Source: a virus
Lineage: Duplodnaviria; Caudoviricetes
Length of the DNA: 64,000 nucleotides
Virus record (IMG/VR): IMGVR_UViG_3300027974_000031
Location: 11,060-75,059 of that record
Strand: one strand, 5' to 3'
How positions within the stretch are numbered: the stretch's first letter is position 1; the number at the start of each line of letters is the position of its first letter. Positions 40,365-49,563 of the stretch are shown here, in pieces. Both the position numbers and the translations under genes were made by a program. Under the pieces are notes generated by a model, which saw nothing but the letters and a program-made list of their open reading frames with translations, made no database searches and was not told the DNA's origin.

Positions 40365-41075
40365 TTAAATAAAATCTTTTGCAGGAACATTCATATTGAT
40401 CAGGATTTTTTCCACCCCTTTTGCAAAATAATTCAGATAAAAATCAGCATCATTAGTAGCATTAGCAGCACTAGCAGCATAAGAAGCAGCATAAGCAGCA
40501 TTAGCAGCATTAGCAGCATAAGAAGCAGCATAAGCAGCATTAGCAGCATTATCAGCAGCATAAGCAACATTAGCAGTATAAGCAGCATAAGCAGTATAAG
40601 AAGCATTAGCAGCATAAGAAGCAGAAACAGCATTAGCAGCATAAGCATTTTTTGCATTTGCTAATGTTTTTGCACCAACTAAATCATTTTTTAATTTTGG
40701 AGTAAACCAAAAATAATTTTGTTTTGATAGAAAATATGGAAGAAAATCCGTGCAGGTAAACATCGCCAGTTTTTCTAAAAATTCTTTTCGATCAAAGTTA
40801 TCATCTGTTCCCAATTGGAGAATTGCCAGATTTCGCATTCCTCTCGACCGTGCAAAATCGGAACTCCAACTTGAATCATTTAGACGAATCTTCAACGCTC
40901 GGATAGCACTATCTACACATTTTGGATCATCTGAATGATCCAATCCGAGTGAATAGCATATTGCGGCTTCAACGCACATCTGGCCAGGAATCGGGTTTCC
41001 TAGCCCATGTGATAGACCATGTGACAGTGTTTCGTCAATTTTGGCGACCAATTCTTTTGTTATTTCGATGTTCAT
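40365..41075 (-). CDS. hypothetical protein with Ala/Tyr/Asn low-complexity repeat
   Basis: MCVEAAI...DDPKCV N-terminus; AAYAASYAANA tract. Confidence 0.75.
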   Translation of the reverse strand: MNIEITKELVAKIDETLSHGLSHGLGNPIPGQMCVEAAICYSLGLDHSDDPKCVDSAIRALKIRLNDSSWSSDFARSRGMRNLAILQLGTDDNFDRKEFLEKLAMFTCTDFLPYFLSKQNYFWFTPKLKNDLVGAKTLANAKNAYAANAVSASYAANASYTAYAAYTANVAYAADNAANAAYAASYAANAANAAYAASYAASAANATNDADFYLNYFAKGVEKILINMNVPAKDFI

Positions 41076-41163
41076 ATGTTTAGTATATTCTTAAATTGTC
41101 AGTTTGTCAACTATTCTTCTGGATTATCACAACCAATAATCTCCACTCGCGAATCATCAAAAT

Positions 41164-41241
41164 TGGCACACCGGGAGGGATTCAAACCCCCATAAAATCT
41201 TCTTAGAAGGAAGACGCCTAATTCATTCGAGCCACCGGTGC
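41164..41241 (-). tRNA. trnR: tRNA-Arg(UCU)
   Basis: cloverleaf; anticodon arm TCTTC-CTTCTAA-GAAGA; encoded CCA. Confidence 0.9.
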
Positions 41242-41477
41242 ATTAATAGAAATTTGTTACTCGTCTAGTCGTTTTTGAGTGCTAGGGCAAGATATAACAG
41301 GATAAAACCGGTTTCAAACTTACCATTCCACTGTTCAATCGGTGCATGATCTACAAACTTTCCGATAATTCCAAAAGCAAAGGATAATCCAGCACCAAAA
41401 AATAAAGTAGGTCTATCAACTTTCATAACTAAATATAATCTATTTCTATGTTTATCAGATTCAAACAATTTGATTAT

Positions 41478-41810
41478 TTAGATAAACAGCTTTTGCAAGT
41501 CTGCCAATGCTTTAGACTGCTTATTCCAGAAGCTAATTGTATCAATATAAAAATCTATATCATTTAATTGCGCATCTGTTAAATTCATTTTTTCGGATTG
41601 AATATCATCTGGAGTGATAAGTTCATCAATTTGAATTATTAGCTTTTTGATTTTTTCTTCTATGTGAAGACTTTTATTCCAACTAAGATTCTTGCATCTT
41701 GCTTGATAAAGTTTTTGACTTAGTTTTGCGATTTTCTTATATTTAAGAACTAGCAAGGCTTGTTCGTTTTTAGTTAGAGTGTAATAAAGATTTTGAAGAT
41801 AGATGAACAT
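41478..41810 (-). CDS. hypothetical protein
   Basis: start reassigned to the ATG after TTGACA..TACATT. Confidence 0.6.
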   Translation of the reverse strand: MFIYLQNLYYTLTKNEQALLVLKYKKIAKLSQKLYQARCKNLSWNKSLHIEEKIKKLIIQIDELITPDDIQSEKMNLTDAQLNDIDFYIDTISFWNKQSKALADLQKLFI

Positions 41811-41843
41811 ATTAGAATGTAGGTTAGAAATGGGGTTTGTCAA

Positions 41844-42077
41844 CTAACTATTAATTTCGTTCAGAATGTCATTTTGAGTATTCTGGTCAAATGGACTTCC
41901 TCTATTAGGAATAGCGAACCATCCCTGATAGTTTCCGTTATTAATAGAAATACAAGAATTTTGTTTCCTATTAATCTCCACATATGCGCCACCATATTTT
42001 CTGGAAATACGGTTCCAGCGATTTGCTTCTTTTTTGGTAGGTTTATTTTTAGTTATGTTAAAGAAATATTGGCTCAT
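41844..42077 (-). CDS. hypothetical protein
   Basis: start reassigned to the ATG after the duplicated promoter; YQGWF..PNRGSPFD. Confidence 0.6.
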   Translation of the reverse strand: MSQYFFNITKNKPTKKEANRWNRISRKYGGAYVEINRKQNSCISINNGNYQGWFAIPNRGSPFDQNTQNDILNEINS

Positions 42078-42204
42078 GTTGTAATATAGGTTAGAAATTG
42101 GGGTTTTTGACAACTAATTATTTTATTATATTCATCTTTTGGTTCAACGATTTTATTCGTCTTAACATCCTAAACTACGTGAAAGTAGATGAATTTCTTA
42201 GGAC

Positions 42205-42512
42205 TGGTCTTTCGCCTGTGACTCGAACACAGATAAACGGTTTCTGGTTTGTGTTTATTTCTAAACTCCCTAGACTATATCATAATCCTATTACTAGGAT
42301 TTCGGAGGCTATTGAGACTTATTGTTTTCTTACTCATTCCCTAGTCGTTGAACCTTCTTGTTACTTTTTAGAATTCACAAGCTCGGCTGCTGATTGCCTT
42401 CATCATTACATGTTCAGGTTTCCAGCAATTCTTCCGATTTTCGATTAACATTACTGTTAAAAGTCACTATTTTATAATGAAACCGCCCCTTTCACCTTTA
42501 AGGTAGCGAAAG
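42205..42512 (-). tRNA. trnI: tRNA(CAU), probably Ile2, split by a group I intron (exons 42477-42512 and 42205-42243)
   Basis: spliced CTTTCGC..GCGGT-TTCAT|AA-ACCGT..CTGTG-TTCGAGT-CACAG-GCGAAAG-A-CCA. Confidence 0.85.
42244..42476 (-). ncRNA. group I intron in tRNA(CAU), position 36/37
   Basis: P AATTGCTGGAAA, Q AATCAGCAG, R TTCAACGACTA, S GATATAGTCT; P1 U.G pair; terminal G. Confidence 0.9.
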
Positions 42513-42615
42513 ATTTTTCTACTAACAAAGAACGAGTTTAATAACTTGGAAATCAATTCCGCTAACTCTTTAACTTAACATCTAAACAAACTTTGTCAAC
42601 TAACTTTTTGAAATT

Positions 42616-42700
42616 TGGTGTGCTAGATAGGATTCGCACCTATTCACCCGAAGGAACAGATTTACAGTCTGCCGCTACTCTCTAACTTAGCCGCTAACAC
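42616..42700 (-). tRNA. trnY: tRNA-Tyr(GUA)
   Basis: GCAGA-CTGTAAA-TCTGT arm, long variable arm, CCA. Confidence 0.9.
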
Positions 42701-42884
42701 ATTTAAAATTTAGGAGAAGATCGAACTACCATCTTAATTCAGAATATAGTCTTTTGGTTTAATGATTGGCGATTATTCAAATCCTATCATATTTTAACGG
42801 CCCGTTACCTACCGCTTATCTCCATTTTATATTACTCTATCCAACAAATTAACCTAATATTTCTCAATAAAGTTTTTATTTAAT

Positions 42885-43346
42885 TGGTCCCCTTGACAGG
42901 CCACGATCCTGCACATTCTTACGAATATCAGATTTTAAGTCTGCATCACAACTACGGTTTTCACCGCCATAAACGTTTAATTTGTAATTACTTACATTTC
43001 AAGTTTTACCGTTTTGTTTGTGTGCTGGACTATGCTTTCATCTTTTAGTTTATTTCTAAATTAGATGGGTGATTATAGTCTCTGCACGTCTCCTTATATT
43101 AACCTTATCTCCTAGTCTGGATAGTAACTGATAACATAAGGCTTTATTAATTACACCATACTAGATTTAACGTCATTTAAGATTTCGCTCAACGTTGGGA
43201 GTTTTAGAGTTTTACGGACTTTTACCGTCATTTATGCGCTCTTGCATACATCTAAAATTAACCGTTCATTGAATTTACACCATTTAGATATAGATTTCTC
43301 TATAAATGCACCGTTATAATGCGTCTGCCAATTCCGCCACAAGGGG
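42885..43346 (-). tRNA. trnL: tRNA-Leu(UAA) split by a group I intron (exons 43319-43346 and 42885-42943)
   Basis: CCCCTTG/CAAGGGG acceptor stem; GGAATTGGCAGAC D-loop; T|CAGA-CTTAAAA-TCTGA arm. Confidence 0.88.
42944..43318 (-). ncRNA. group I intron in the tRNA-Leu anticodon stem (about 27/28)
   Basis: P AAATTCAATGAA, Q AACGTTGAGC, R GCAGAGACTA, S AAGCATAGTCC; P1 GCAU/GUGC; ends in G. Confidence 0.85.
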
Positions 43347-43412
43347 ATTAACACTAACAAAAATTTTGTCAAAGAACAGTTTAAATCAAACTTGGGAAAA
43401 TCTTCCCTTTAA

Positions 43413-43637
43413 CTATCTTAACTTATCATCTTTTAGCTCTTTGTCAAACTCTTCTTCAACTTTAGTGACTCGTTCAGCTTCAATTTCCCAAAAATCCGAG
43501 TCTTGATCTTCGACAATTAGATTACCATTTTCGCGAATATCAGCAACTACTGCACAGAATCCGCCATAGGTCCAAGCATCACTTTCGTTAGGCTCAGGCA
43601 TTAACACCGTATCAAGAACATTAAATTGTTTATTCAT
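43413..43637 (-). CDS. hypothetical protein
   Basis: ORF with TTGACA promoter. Confidence 0.65.
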   Translation of the reverse strand: MNKQFNVLDTVLMPEPNESDAWTYGGFCAVVADIRENGNLIVEDQDSDFWEIEAERVTKVEEEFDKELKDDKLR

Positions 43638-43699
43638 ATTTTATATTACTCTATTTCTGTTGGTTTGTCAAATGTTTTGGATAATCCATAAAAAATTCA

Positions 43700-44338
43700 T
43701 TATATTTTCTTTTGGTAAAATTTGTGTCTAACTACAGTTTCTAAATTAGTTTTTTCAGCAATCATGGGCAACATCTGGTGTCTAACCCAATTTCTTTGAT
43801 ATTTTAAATCATTGTTTGTTGGATCAAATACCACCCATTTCATTAAATCGTTTTTCTCTGCCCATTCTACCATCTGTTCTTTGGTTGTCAACAAAAAAGG
43901 ATGATAAATCGTAAAATTGGGAAAAATAGTTTTTTCCTGAATTGGTTTATATTCTGGACAACCCTTGAGGAAATTCATAAAAAATTGTTCTACACAATCT
44001 CCCAAATTATGAGCAGTCACATAATTAGTATGCCCTGTTTGTTCAGCCATATAGGCCAATCTCCATTGTCTGAAATCGTTTTCGGTCTGCTCACCTATAG
44101 ATTGCTCTACCGACCTTGTAATAAATTGGAATGGTAAACTATGCGCCGAACAAAAGTCTCTAACTGATTCTTCCATTTGTTTATTAGCAGGTTGCCAATT
44201 ATGGTTAAAATGAAGAACCTTGATTTTTAATCTAGTTCTTTGGCTTAACCAGTGACATGAAGAAATAGAATCAACTCCTCCACTAACAAGGAAAGTATAT
44301 TCTTTTTGCTTATCTAATAAATTATTAAAAATTTTCAT
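43700..44338 (-). CDS. tilS: tRNA(Ile)-lysidine synthetase (short, catalytic domain only)
   Basis: PP-loop SGGVDS, HFNH, TAHNLGD, HPFL, DPTN.D..YQRNWVRH. Confidence 0.9.
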   Translation of the reverse strand: MKIFNNLLDKQKEYTFLVSGGVDSISSCHWLSQRTRLKIKVLHFNHNWQPANKQMEESVRDFCSAHSLPFQFITRSVEQSIGEQTENDFRQWRLAYMAEQTGHTNYVTAHNLGDCVEQFFMNFLKGCPEYKPIQEKTIFPNFTIYHPFLLTTKEQMVEWAEKNDLMKWVVFDPTNNDLKYQRNWVRHQMLPMIAEKTNLETVVRHKFYQKKI

Positions 44339-44440
44339 TTCTATTCTTGTTGTCAAGCAAATGTTGCTCAAATTCAGTTAACTCGCTGTCCGCAAGGTAG
44401 ATAAAGGTCATGGCTCAATATACTTCGATTTTATAATCTG

Positions 44441-44839
44441 TCAATAGATAAAATGCGGAGTTTCAATCACTCCAAAATAAGTATTAAAATCAAAAATTCC
44501 TGATTTTGCACATTTCAAACACCATGCCAATTCTTTGTCCAGTTTAGGAATAATATATTGTTTCCTACGTTTACCGCGCAATTCTCCTACAGAATATCTT
44601 TGATTCTTTTCTGGATAATAAGAAATTTCGGTTTCAAAATTGGTAGAATTTGCCCACCGATCAAAAGTAGGTTTATATGCAAATTGAACAGCCCATTTTT
44701 TCTCTCCCGGTTCAATAAATTTAGGATCAATAACTTTTTCAAAAATGCGAATATGAAAATGGGTAGTTTTTCCACAACCATACTCAAGTTTGATATTGTG
44801 GCGGCGAAATTCATCCAAAATAGGGCGAGGTAGCTTCAT
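44441..44839 (-). CDS. hypothetical protein
   Basis: ORF; start MKLPRP. Confidence 0.6.
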   Translation of the reverse strand: MKLPRPILDEFRRHNIKLEYGCGKTTHFHIRIFEKVIDPKFIEPGEKKWAVQFAYKPTFDRWANSTNFETEISYYPEKNQRYSVGELRGKRRKQYIIPKLDKELAWCLKCAKSGIFDFNTYFGVIETPHFIY

Positions 44840-44858
44840 AATACAATATACTTCAATT

Positions 44859-45068
44859 TTATACTTCGTCAAGAATATAATCAACGCCATCATCAATTGT
44901 TAATGGCCAGTAATATTCCATTTCGGTAATTGATTCATATTTCCAATTCATTTGACTACAAAAATCTTTTACAGTTTCAATAGATGGAGCATTAATCCAT
45001 TTAACTAGATGGTCGGTTTCATCCGTATTAGGATCAAATCCTTCAAGTGTGACATCAAATGTTTTCAT
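44859..45068 (-). CDS. hypothetical protein
   Basis: ORF. Confidence 0.6.
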   Translation of the reverse strand: MKTFDVTLEGFDPNTDETDHLVKWINAPSIETVKDFCSQMNWKYESITEMEYYWPLTIDDGVDYILDEV

Positions 45069-45349
45069 ACTTCGTCAATCTTCTTTTTGCTTATCCAACA
45101 AATTATTAAAAATTTTCATTTGTTTTATCTAAAGCTTGTCTAACTGCCATAATTAGACTATCTGGAGCATTTCGTAATTATTCATTCTTTAATGAATGAC
45201 ATTTTTCGCTCTGCCCTTGTATTCACTGAATTATTTTTTATATTTTTTATTACAATAAAAAATATAAAAAAGTAATGTAAAAAAATAAAATTTTAAAAAA
45301 ATTACTTTTAGTTTTTGTTGAAGAATTTTATTTATTTTTATTGCTTTTA

Positions 45350-45577
45350 TTATGTTATAAAAGCGTAAAATAACACAATTTCATCAAAAGTATAATCACG
45401 ATTATTTGAAATGTCAACATATTTCGCCTCTGTTACGCGAGGATATAAAAAAGAATTCATTACATTTGTTATAATAAGAATTGTTCTTGTTTTGTTACAT
45501 TCAAGAAAAATTGAATCATCTTCTTGAATGTCTCGCCAGAAAACGTCGGTTTTTCCATTGTTATTAAGAGGATTCAT
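45350..45577 (-). CDS. hypothetical protein
   Basis: ORF. Confidence 0.5.
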   Translation of the reverse strand: MNPLNNNGKTDVFWRDIQEDDSIFLECNKTRTILIITNVMNSFLYPRVTEAKYVDISNNRDYTFDEIVLFYAFIT

Positions 45578-45753
45578 TCTTTTTCTTCTATTTCTTTATG
45601 TTTAGGATTTCGATTGTAATCTTTAACACTTTTATGCTTTTGAGGAGGTAAAGGAAGTTCTTTACGAATTTTCTTTTTTAAATCGCGATCACGAATAGTT
45701 CCAACTTTATGTACTTTCTTTTTCATCTTCGTATGATAACAAATCAATTGGTT

Positions 45754-46110
45754 TTATTTATGAGTAATAAATTTATCTTCGATGGTAAACTTTTCGTCTT
45801 CCGTAGTTTCTAATGTGTATAGAAAAGAATAAAAAGGTTTTTGTTTTTCTTGCTCAATAGCATCTGCAAAAGTTTTTACAAAAACATTAACTTTTTTACA
45901 AGTACCTTTTATTACAAAACGAACAATTCCGCTTTTTCTCAATTTTGCTCTTTCTTCTACATTACTTTTTAGAAGCGGCAGCAACGGCATTTCCAACTTA
46001 TCAATTACACATTGAAACTTTGGCGACTTGCCTATTACAGGAATTTCTCTAAAAAGATAGTTTTGTGCAGCTTCTAGCTCTGTGATTGAACGTTCGGTAT
46101 TAGTTTTCAT
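45754..46110 (-). CDS. hypothetical protein
   Basis: ORF with TTGACA promoter. Confidence 0.6.
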   Translation of the reverse strand: MKTNTERSITELEAAQNYLFREIPVIGKSPKFQCVIDKLEMPLLPLLKSNVEERAKLRKSGIVRFVIKGTCKKVNVFVKTFADAIEQEKQKPFYSFLYTLETTEDEKFTIEDKFITHK

Positions 46111-46503
46111 AAGAATATTATATTAGCGAGTTTATTGTTTGTGTCAACTATTTAATTTGATAATGCGATTTGAATGCGATTAAATTCTTGTGAAATATGA
46201 TAAATTTGAGAATCATATTCGTCTAGCTTTCTGTCAAATTCTTTTAATGAATAATATCTTTCAAGAATAAGATTTTCTTTTTCTTTTTTCAAACGTAATA
46301 ATTTTTCTTCCAAAGTTTCTTTCATTTTTTTGAATTAATTGTTTCTCAAAAAGGCTTTTCTCTTCATCTGTCATATCAAAAGTAATAAGAGAATGAATTG
46401 ATTCGACGGCTCTTCCTTTTTTCATACTATGAATATATCTTTAAATTGTGATTTGTCAATAACAAAAATATACTATTATATAAAGTTATAAAATGAATAT
46501 TTT

Positions 46504-47181
46504 TTAAGAAACAATAACGCCATTTGCAGTAAAAGAACGATCAAGGTTCCAATCATTCTGAGAAATTGCAAAAAGCATATCTTTTGTTCGGTATTTAGTT
46601 TTTCTTAAAATCTGATTAGAATGATTTGCTAACCAAGAGTGACGAATATTCAAATATTGTATAGTCCATTCTTTTTCATTTCCGCCTTTAGACGGAGTTT
46701 TTGCAGGAAAACGAGTTCTTAAAAAGTTTAAGATTCCTCCAGAATGAATAAAAGAATCATAAATTATAAGCATTGAAAGAGGTTGTGTAAAACCATTTTC
46801 TTTGAAAAATTCAAGTGCAGGATTCCAGTAATGTTCATCAAAAAAATCATCTTGTGCTTCTCTCATTACAGGGTCACTACCTGCTTCACGAAGCTCGTTT
46901 ATAAGCTTTTCGTCATTAACTAGTGAGATTTTGCCAATCTTATCTACATAAGGTTTAAAAAACTCACTATGTTTGCCATTTTTGTTAGAATAAGATTTAA
47001 TTAATTTATTAAGATTTCCCCATTCAGTTGTTTGACTTTTGCCGTATGTTATTTGTTGTATTCCTTTTGGCCCATCGGAAAAAATTGTCACGTTACTGTA
47101 ATCACCATCAGGTTTTCCAGTTTCAAAAACATTTAAAATGCTTTGTATTTTATCTTTCTTTTTAGTAATAGAATCACTCAT
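46504..47181 (-). CDS. GH46 chitosanase-like / lysozyme-fold endolysin
   Basis: ILNVFETG, DG..GI..ITYG..QTT, AQD.FF...YW.PA, YDSFIHSG; perfect TATAAATA-N5-ATG. Confidence 0.8.
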   Translation of the reverse strand: MSDSITKKKDKIQSILNVFETGKPDGDYSNVTIFSDGPKGIQQITYGKSQTTEWGNLNKLIKSYSNKNGKHSEFFKPYVDKIGKISLVNDEKLINELREAGSDPVMREAQDDFFDEHYWNPALEFFKENGFTQPLSMLIIYDSFIHSGGILNFLRTRFPAKTPSKGGNEKEWTIQYLNIRHSWLANHSNQILRKTKYRTKDMLFAISQNDWNLDRSFTANGVIVS

Positions 47182-47289
47182 AACTTTATTTATAAGTTTT
47201 TTAATTCTAGAAAAAAATAGTAACATAAAATTACTTATTTTAAAACATACATTAATATACCAAATATAAAGAATAAAACGAGAATAATT

Positions 47290-47877
47290 TTAACTAGAGA
47301 GTTGTTCGTAAAATGATATAATACTGTTACCTTTCTCATCAACTCCTTTTTTATAGTGTTCAAAAGAAAGAATTTTTTTAGGCATTTTTTCAATTACGTT
47401 TTCTGTATAAATTGTTTTTAGAGGCCAATTTCTATATTTTTTCACATAATGATATGAATAAATATAAGCATTTGCTTCTAAAATATATTGTTTTAAATTA
47501 ACATCTAAATTATGTTTTTTAATAAAATTTATAGAATTAATTTCGCAATCTCTTTCTAATTCAATTGCTTTATTAAATGCTCTAGTTAGTTTATTTTTAG
47601 ATGTTTCTTCTCCTTCTACCCAATTAAGAAATGGACATTTATCTGCTTCACACTTTTTCCAAAACTTAGGATTATTTTTCCATTGAAGAAAATGATGGTA
47701 TTCATGTATTAATATTTCAAATCCATTTATACTTTTATATGCACAAACAAGTTCTTTTTTATTAGAATCGAACCATCCGCCATAATTACCAACTTTTTCT
47801 TTTTGAATAATTTTTAAAGAAACATCATTTTCGATGCACTCAACAGCTACTTTTCCGATAAATTCATTTCGAGTCAT
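47290..47877 (-). CDS. HExxH metalloprotease-like protein
   Basis: LIHEYHHFLQW...ELERDCE. Confidence 0.65.
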   Translation of the reverse strand: MTRNEFIGKVAVECIENDVSLKIIQKEKVGNYGGWFDSNKKELVCAYKSINGFEILIHEYHHFLQWKNNPKFWKKCEADKCPFLNWVEGEETSKNKLTRAFNKAIELERDCEINSINFIKKHNLDVNLKQYILEANAYIYSYHYVKKYRNWPLKTIYTENVIEKMPKKILSFEHYKKGVDEKGNSIISFYEQLSS

Positions 47878-47912
47878 GTTTTAACTTATCAGAAAAAACT
47901 TTAAAAGTTTTT

Positions 47913-48374
47913 TTAAACTTTGATATGAAGAATATTTACATCCATTCCAAGTTTATCTGCAATTTCTTGTAAAGTCAACTCAATAATTTTTGGACGTTTA
48001 TTAATGATAGTTCCTTTTGAGTTTTTATATGAGTTTTCAAAATAAACTAATTTACCGTTACTATCATACTCATTCTTAACCCAATATTCATCTGAGTGTT
48101 CATAATATATTAAATTACCTTTATTATCATACTCACTCTTTGACCAAAATCCACTTGAATTTTCAAAATGAATTTCGTTACCATTCAAATCATACTCTTT
48201 TTTAAACCAATATCCATTTGAGTTCTCAAAATGGATTTCGTTACCGTTCTTGTCATACTCTTTTTTAAACCAATATCCATTTGATTTTTCAGAATAGATT
48301 TCTTTATTATCTGCATTTTTAATAAAGAATGGAAAATCTGTTACCTTTAAAAATTGTGCTATTGTTTCTTTCAT
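47913..48374 (-). CDS. 21-aa-repeat protein paralogue B5 (153 aa, most diverged)
   Basis: same architecture as A5. Confidence 0.9.
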   Translation of the reverse strand: MKETIAQFLKVTDFPFFIKNADNKEIYSEKSNGYWFKKEYDKNGNEIHFENSNGYWFKKEYDLNGNEIHFENSSGFWSKSEYDNKGNLIYYEHSDEYWVKNEYDSNGKLVYFENSYKNSKGTIINKRPKIIELTLQEIADKLGMDVNILHIKV

Positions 48375-48387
48375 AAAAAGATTTCTT

Positions 48388-49089
48388 TTAATCTTTAATA
48401 CGAATGTTTTCTACATCTAATCCTAGTTTATCTGCAATCTGTTCTAAAGTCAATTCAATAATTTTTGGTCGGTTATCAATGATAGTTCCTTTTGAGTTTT
48501 CATAATAGATTTTATTGCCATTCTGGTCATACTCCCGCTTAATCCAATATCCATTTGAATCTTCAAAATAGATTTCTTTTCCATTCAAGTTATATTCACG
48601 CTTAGACCAACGTCCATTTGAATCTTCATAATAGATTTCTTTTCCATTCAAGTCATATTCACACTTATACCAAAATCTATCTGAGTTCTCATAATAGATT
48701 TGATTACCATTCAAGTTATACTCACGCTTAATCCAATATCCTTTTGAGTTTTCAGAATAGATTTTATTGCCATTCTGATCATGTTCACGTTTAGACCAAT
48801 ATCCATCTGAGGTTTCAGAATAGATTACATTACTATTCTGGTCATATTCACGCTTAGACCAACGTCCAACTGAGTTTTCATAATAGATTTCATTACCATT
48901 CAAGTCATATTCACACTTATACCAAAATCCATTTGAGTTTTCATAATAGATTACATTACCATTCAAGTTATACTCACACTTATACCAAAATCCATCTGAA
49001 TCTTCACGATAGATTTCTTCTTCATCTTTATTTTTAATAAAGAATGGAAAATCTGTTACCTTTAAAAATTGTGCTATTGTTTCTTTCAT
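48388..49089 (-). CDS. 21-aa-repeat protein paralogue B4 (233 aa)
   Basis: same architecture as A5. Confidence 0.9.
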   Translation of the reverse strand: MKETIAQFLKVTDFPFFIKNKDEEEIYREDSDGFWYKCEYNLNGNVIYYENSNGFWYKCEYDLNGNEIYYENSVGRWSKREYDQNSNVIYSETSDGYWSKREHDQNGNKIYSENSKGYWIKREYNLNGNQIYYENSDRFWYKCEYDLNGKEIYYEDSNGRWSKREYNLNGKEIYFEDSNGYWIKREYDQNGNKIYYENSKGTIIDNRPKIIELTLEQIADKLGLDVENIRIKD

Positions 49090-49101
49090 AATTTTATTTT
49101 T

Positions 49102-49551
49102 TTAATCTTTAATACGAATATTTTCTACATTCAATCCTAGTTTATCTGCGACTTCCTGTAATGTCAATTCAATTACCTTTGGTCGGTTATCCATGATAGT
49201 TCCATTTGAATCTTCAAAATAGATTTCTTTTCCATTCAAGTTATATTCACGCTTAGACCAATATCCATTTGAATCTTCATAATAGATTTGATTACCATTC
49301 TGATCATACTCACACTTATTCCAAAATCCATTTGAGGTTTCAGAATAGATTAAATTACTATTCTTGTCATATTCATGCTTGAACCAACGTCCATTTGAAT
49401 CTTCACGATAGATTTGATTACCATTCTGATCATACTCACACTTATACCAAAATCCATTTGAATCTTCATGATAGATTTCTTTATTATTCTTATTTTTAAT
49501 AAGGAATGGAAAATCTTTTACTTTTAATAGTTGTGCAATTGTTTCTTTCAT
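49102..49551 (-). CDS. 21-aa-repeat protein paralogue B3 (149 aa)
   Basis: same architecture as A5. Confidence 0.9.
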   Translation of the reverse strand: MKETIAQLLKVKDFPFLIKNKNNKEIYHEDSNGFWYKCEYDQNGNQIYREDSNGRWFKHEYDKNSNLIYSETSNGFWNKCEYDQNGNQIYYEDSNGYWSKREYNLNGKEIYFEDSNGTIMDNRPKVIELTLQEVADKLGLNVENIRIKD

Positions 49552-49563
49552 AATTTTATTTTT

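Noticed and set aside
40344-40664. Ser/Ile-rich and Met/Leu-rich ORFs
   Set aside because: Shadow frames of the Ala-rich repeat gene.
41164-41241. Amber suppressor tRNA or TAG recoding
   Set aside because: The loop CTTCTAA centres on TCT (Arg). Genes are intact in code 11 and conserved genes end at TAG.
41811-42113. Shared N-terminal peptide PISNL in two ORFs
   Set aside because: It is a translated duplicated promoter (TTG starts); the real ATGs lie downstream.
42098-42448. 116-aa plus-strand ORF or intron homing endonuclease
   Set aside because: Antisense to the tRNA and intron, with no nuclease motifs. The same applies to 43306-43506.
42780-42823. Pistol or theta (HDV-like) ribozyme
   Set aside because: No pseudoknot partner for the loop was found, and the element is not adjacent to a tRNA 3' end.
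37021-45227. 18-bp near-identical word ctctgccc(c/t)tgtattcac at 37021 and 45209 as att sites
   Set aside because: No integrase, and both copies lie in decayed intergenic DNA; too weak to call.
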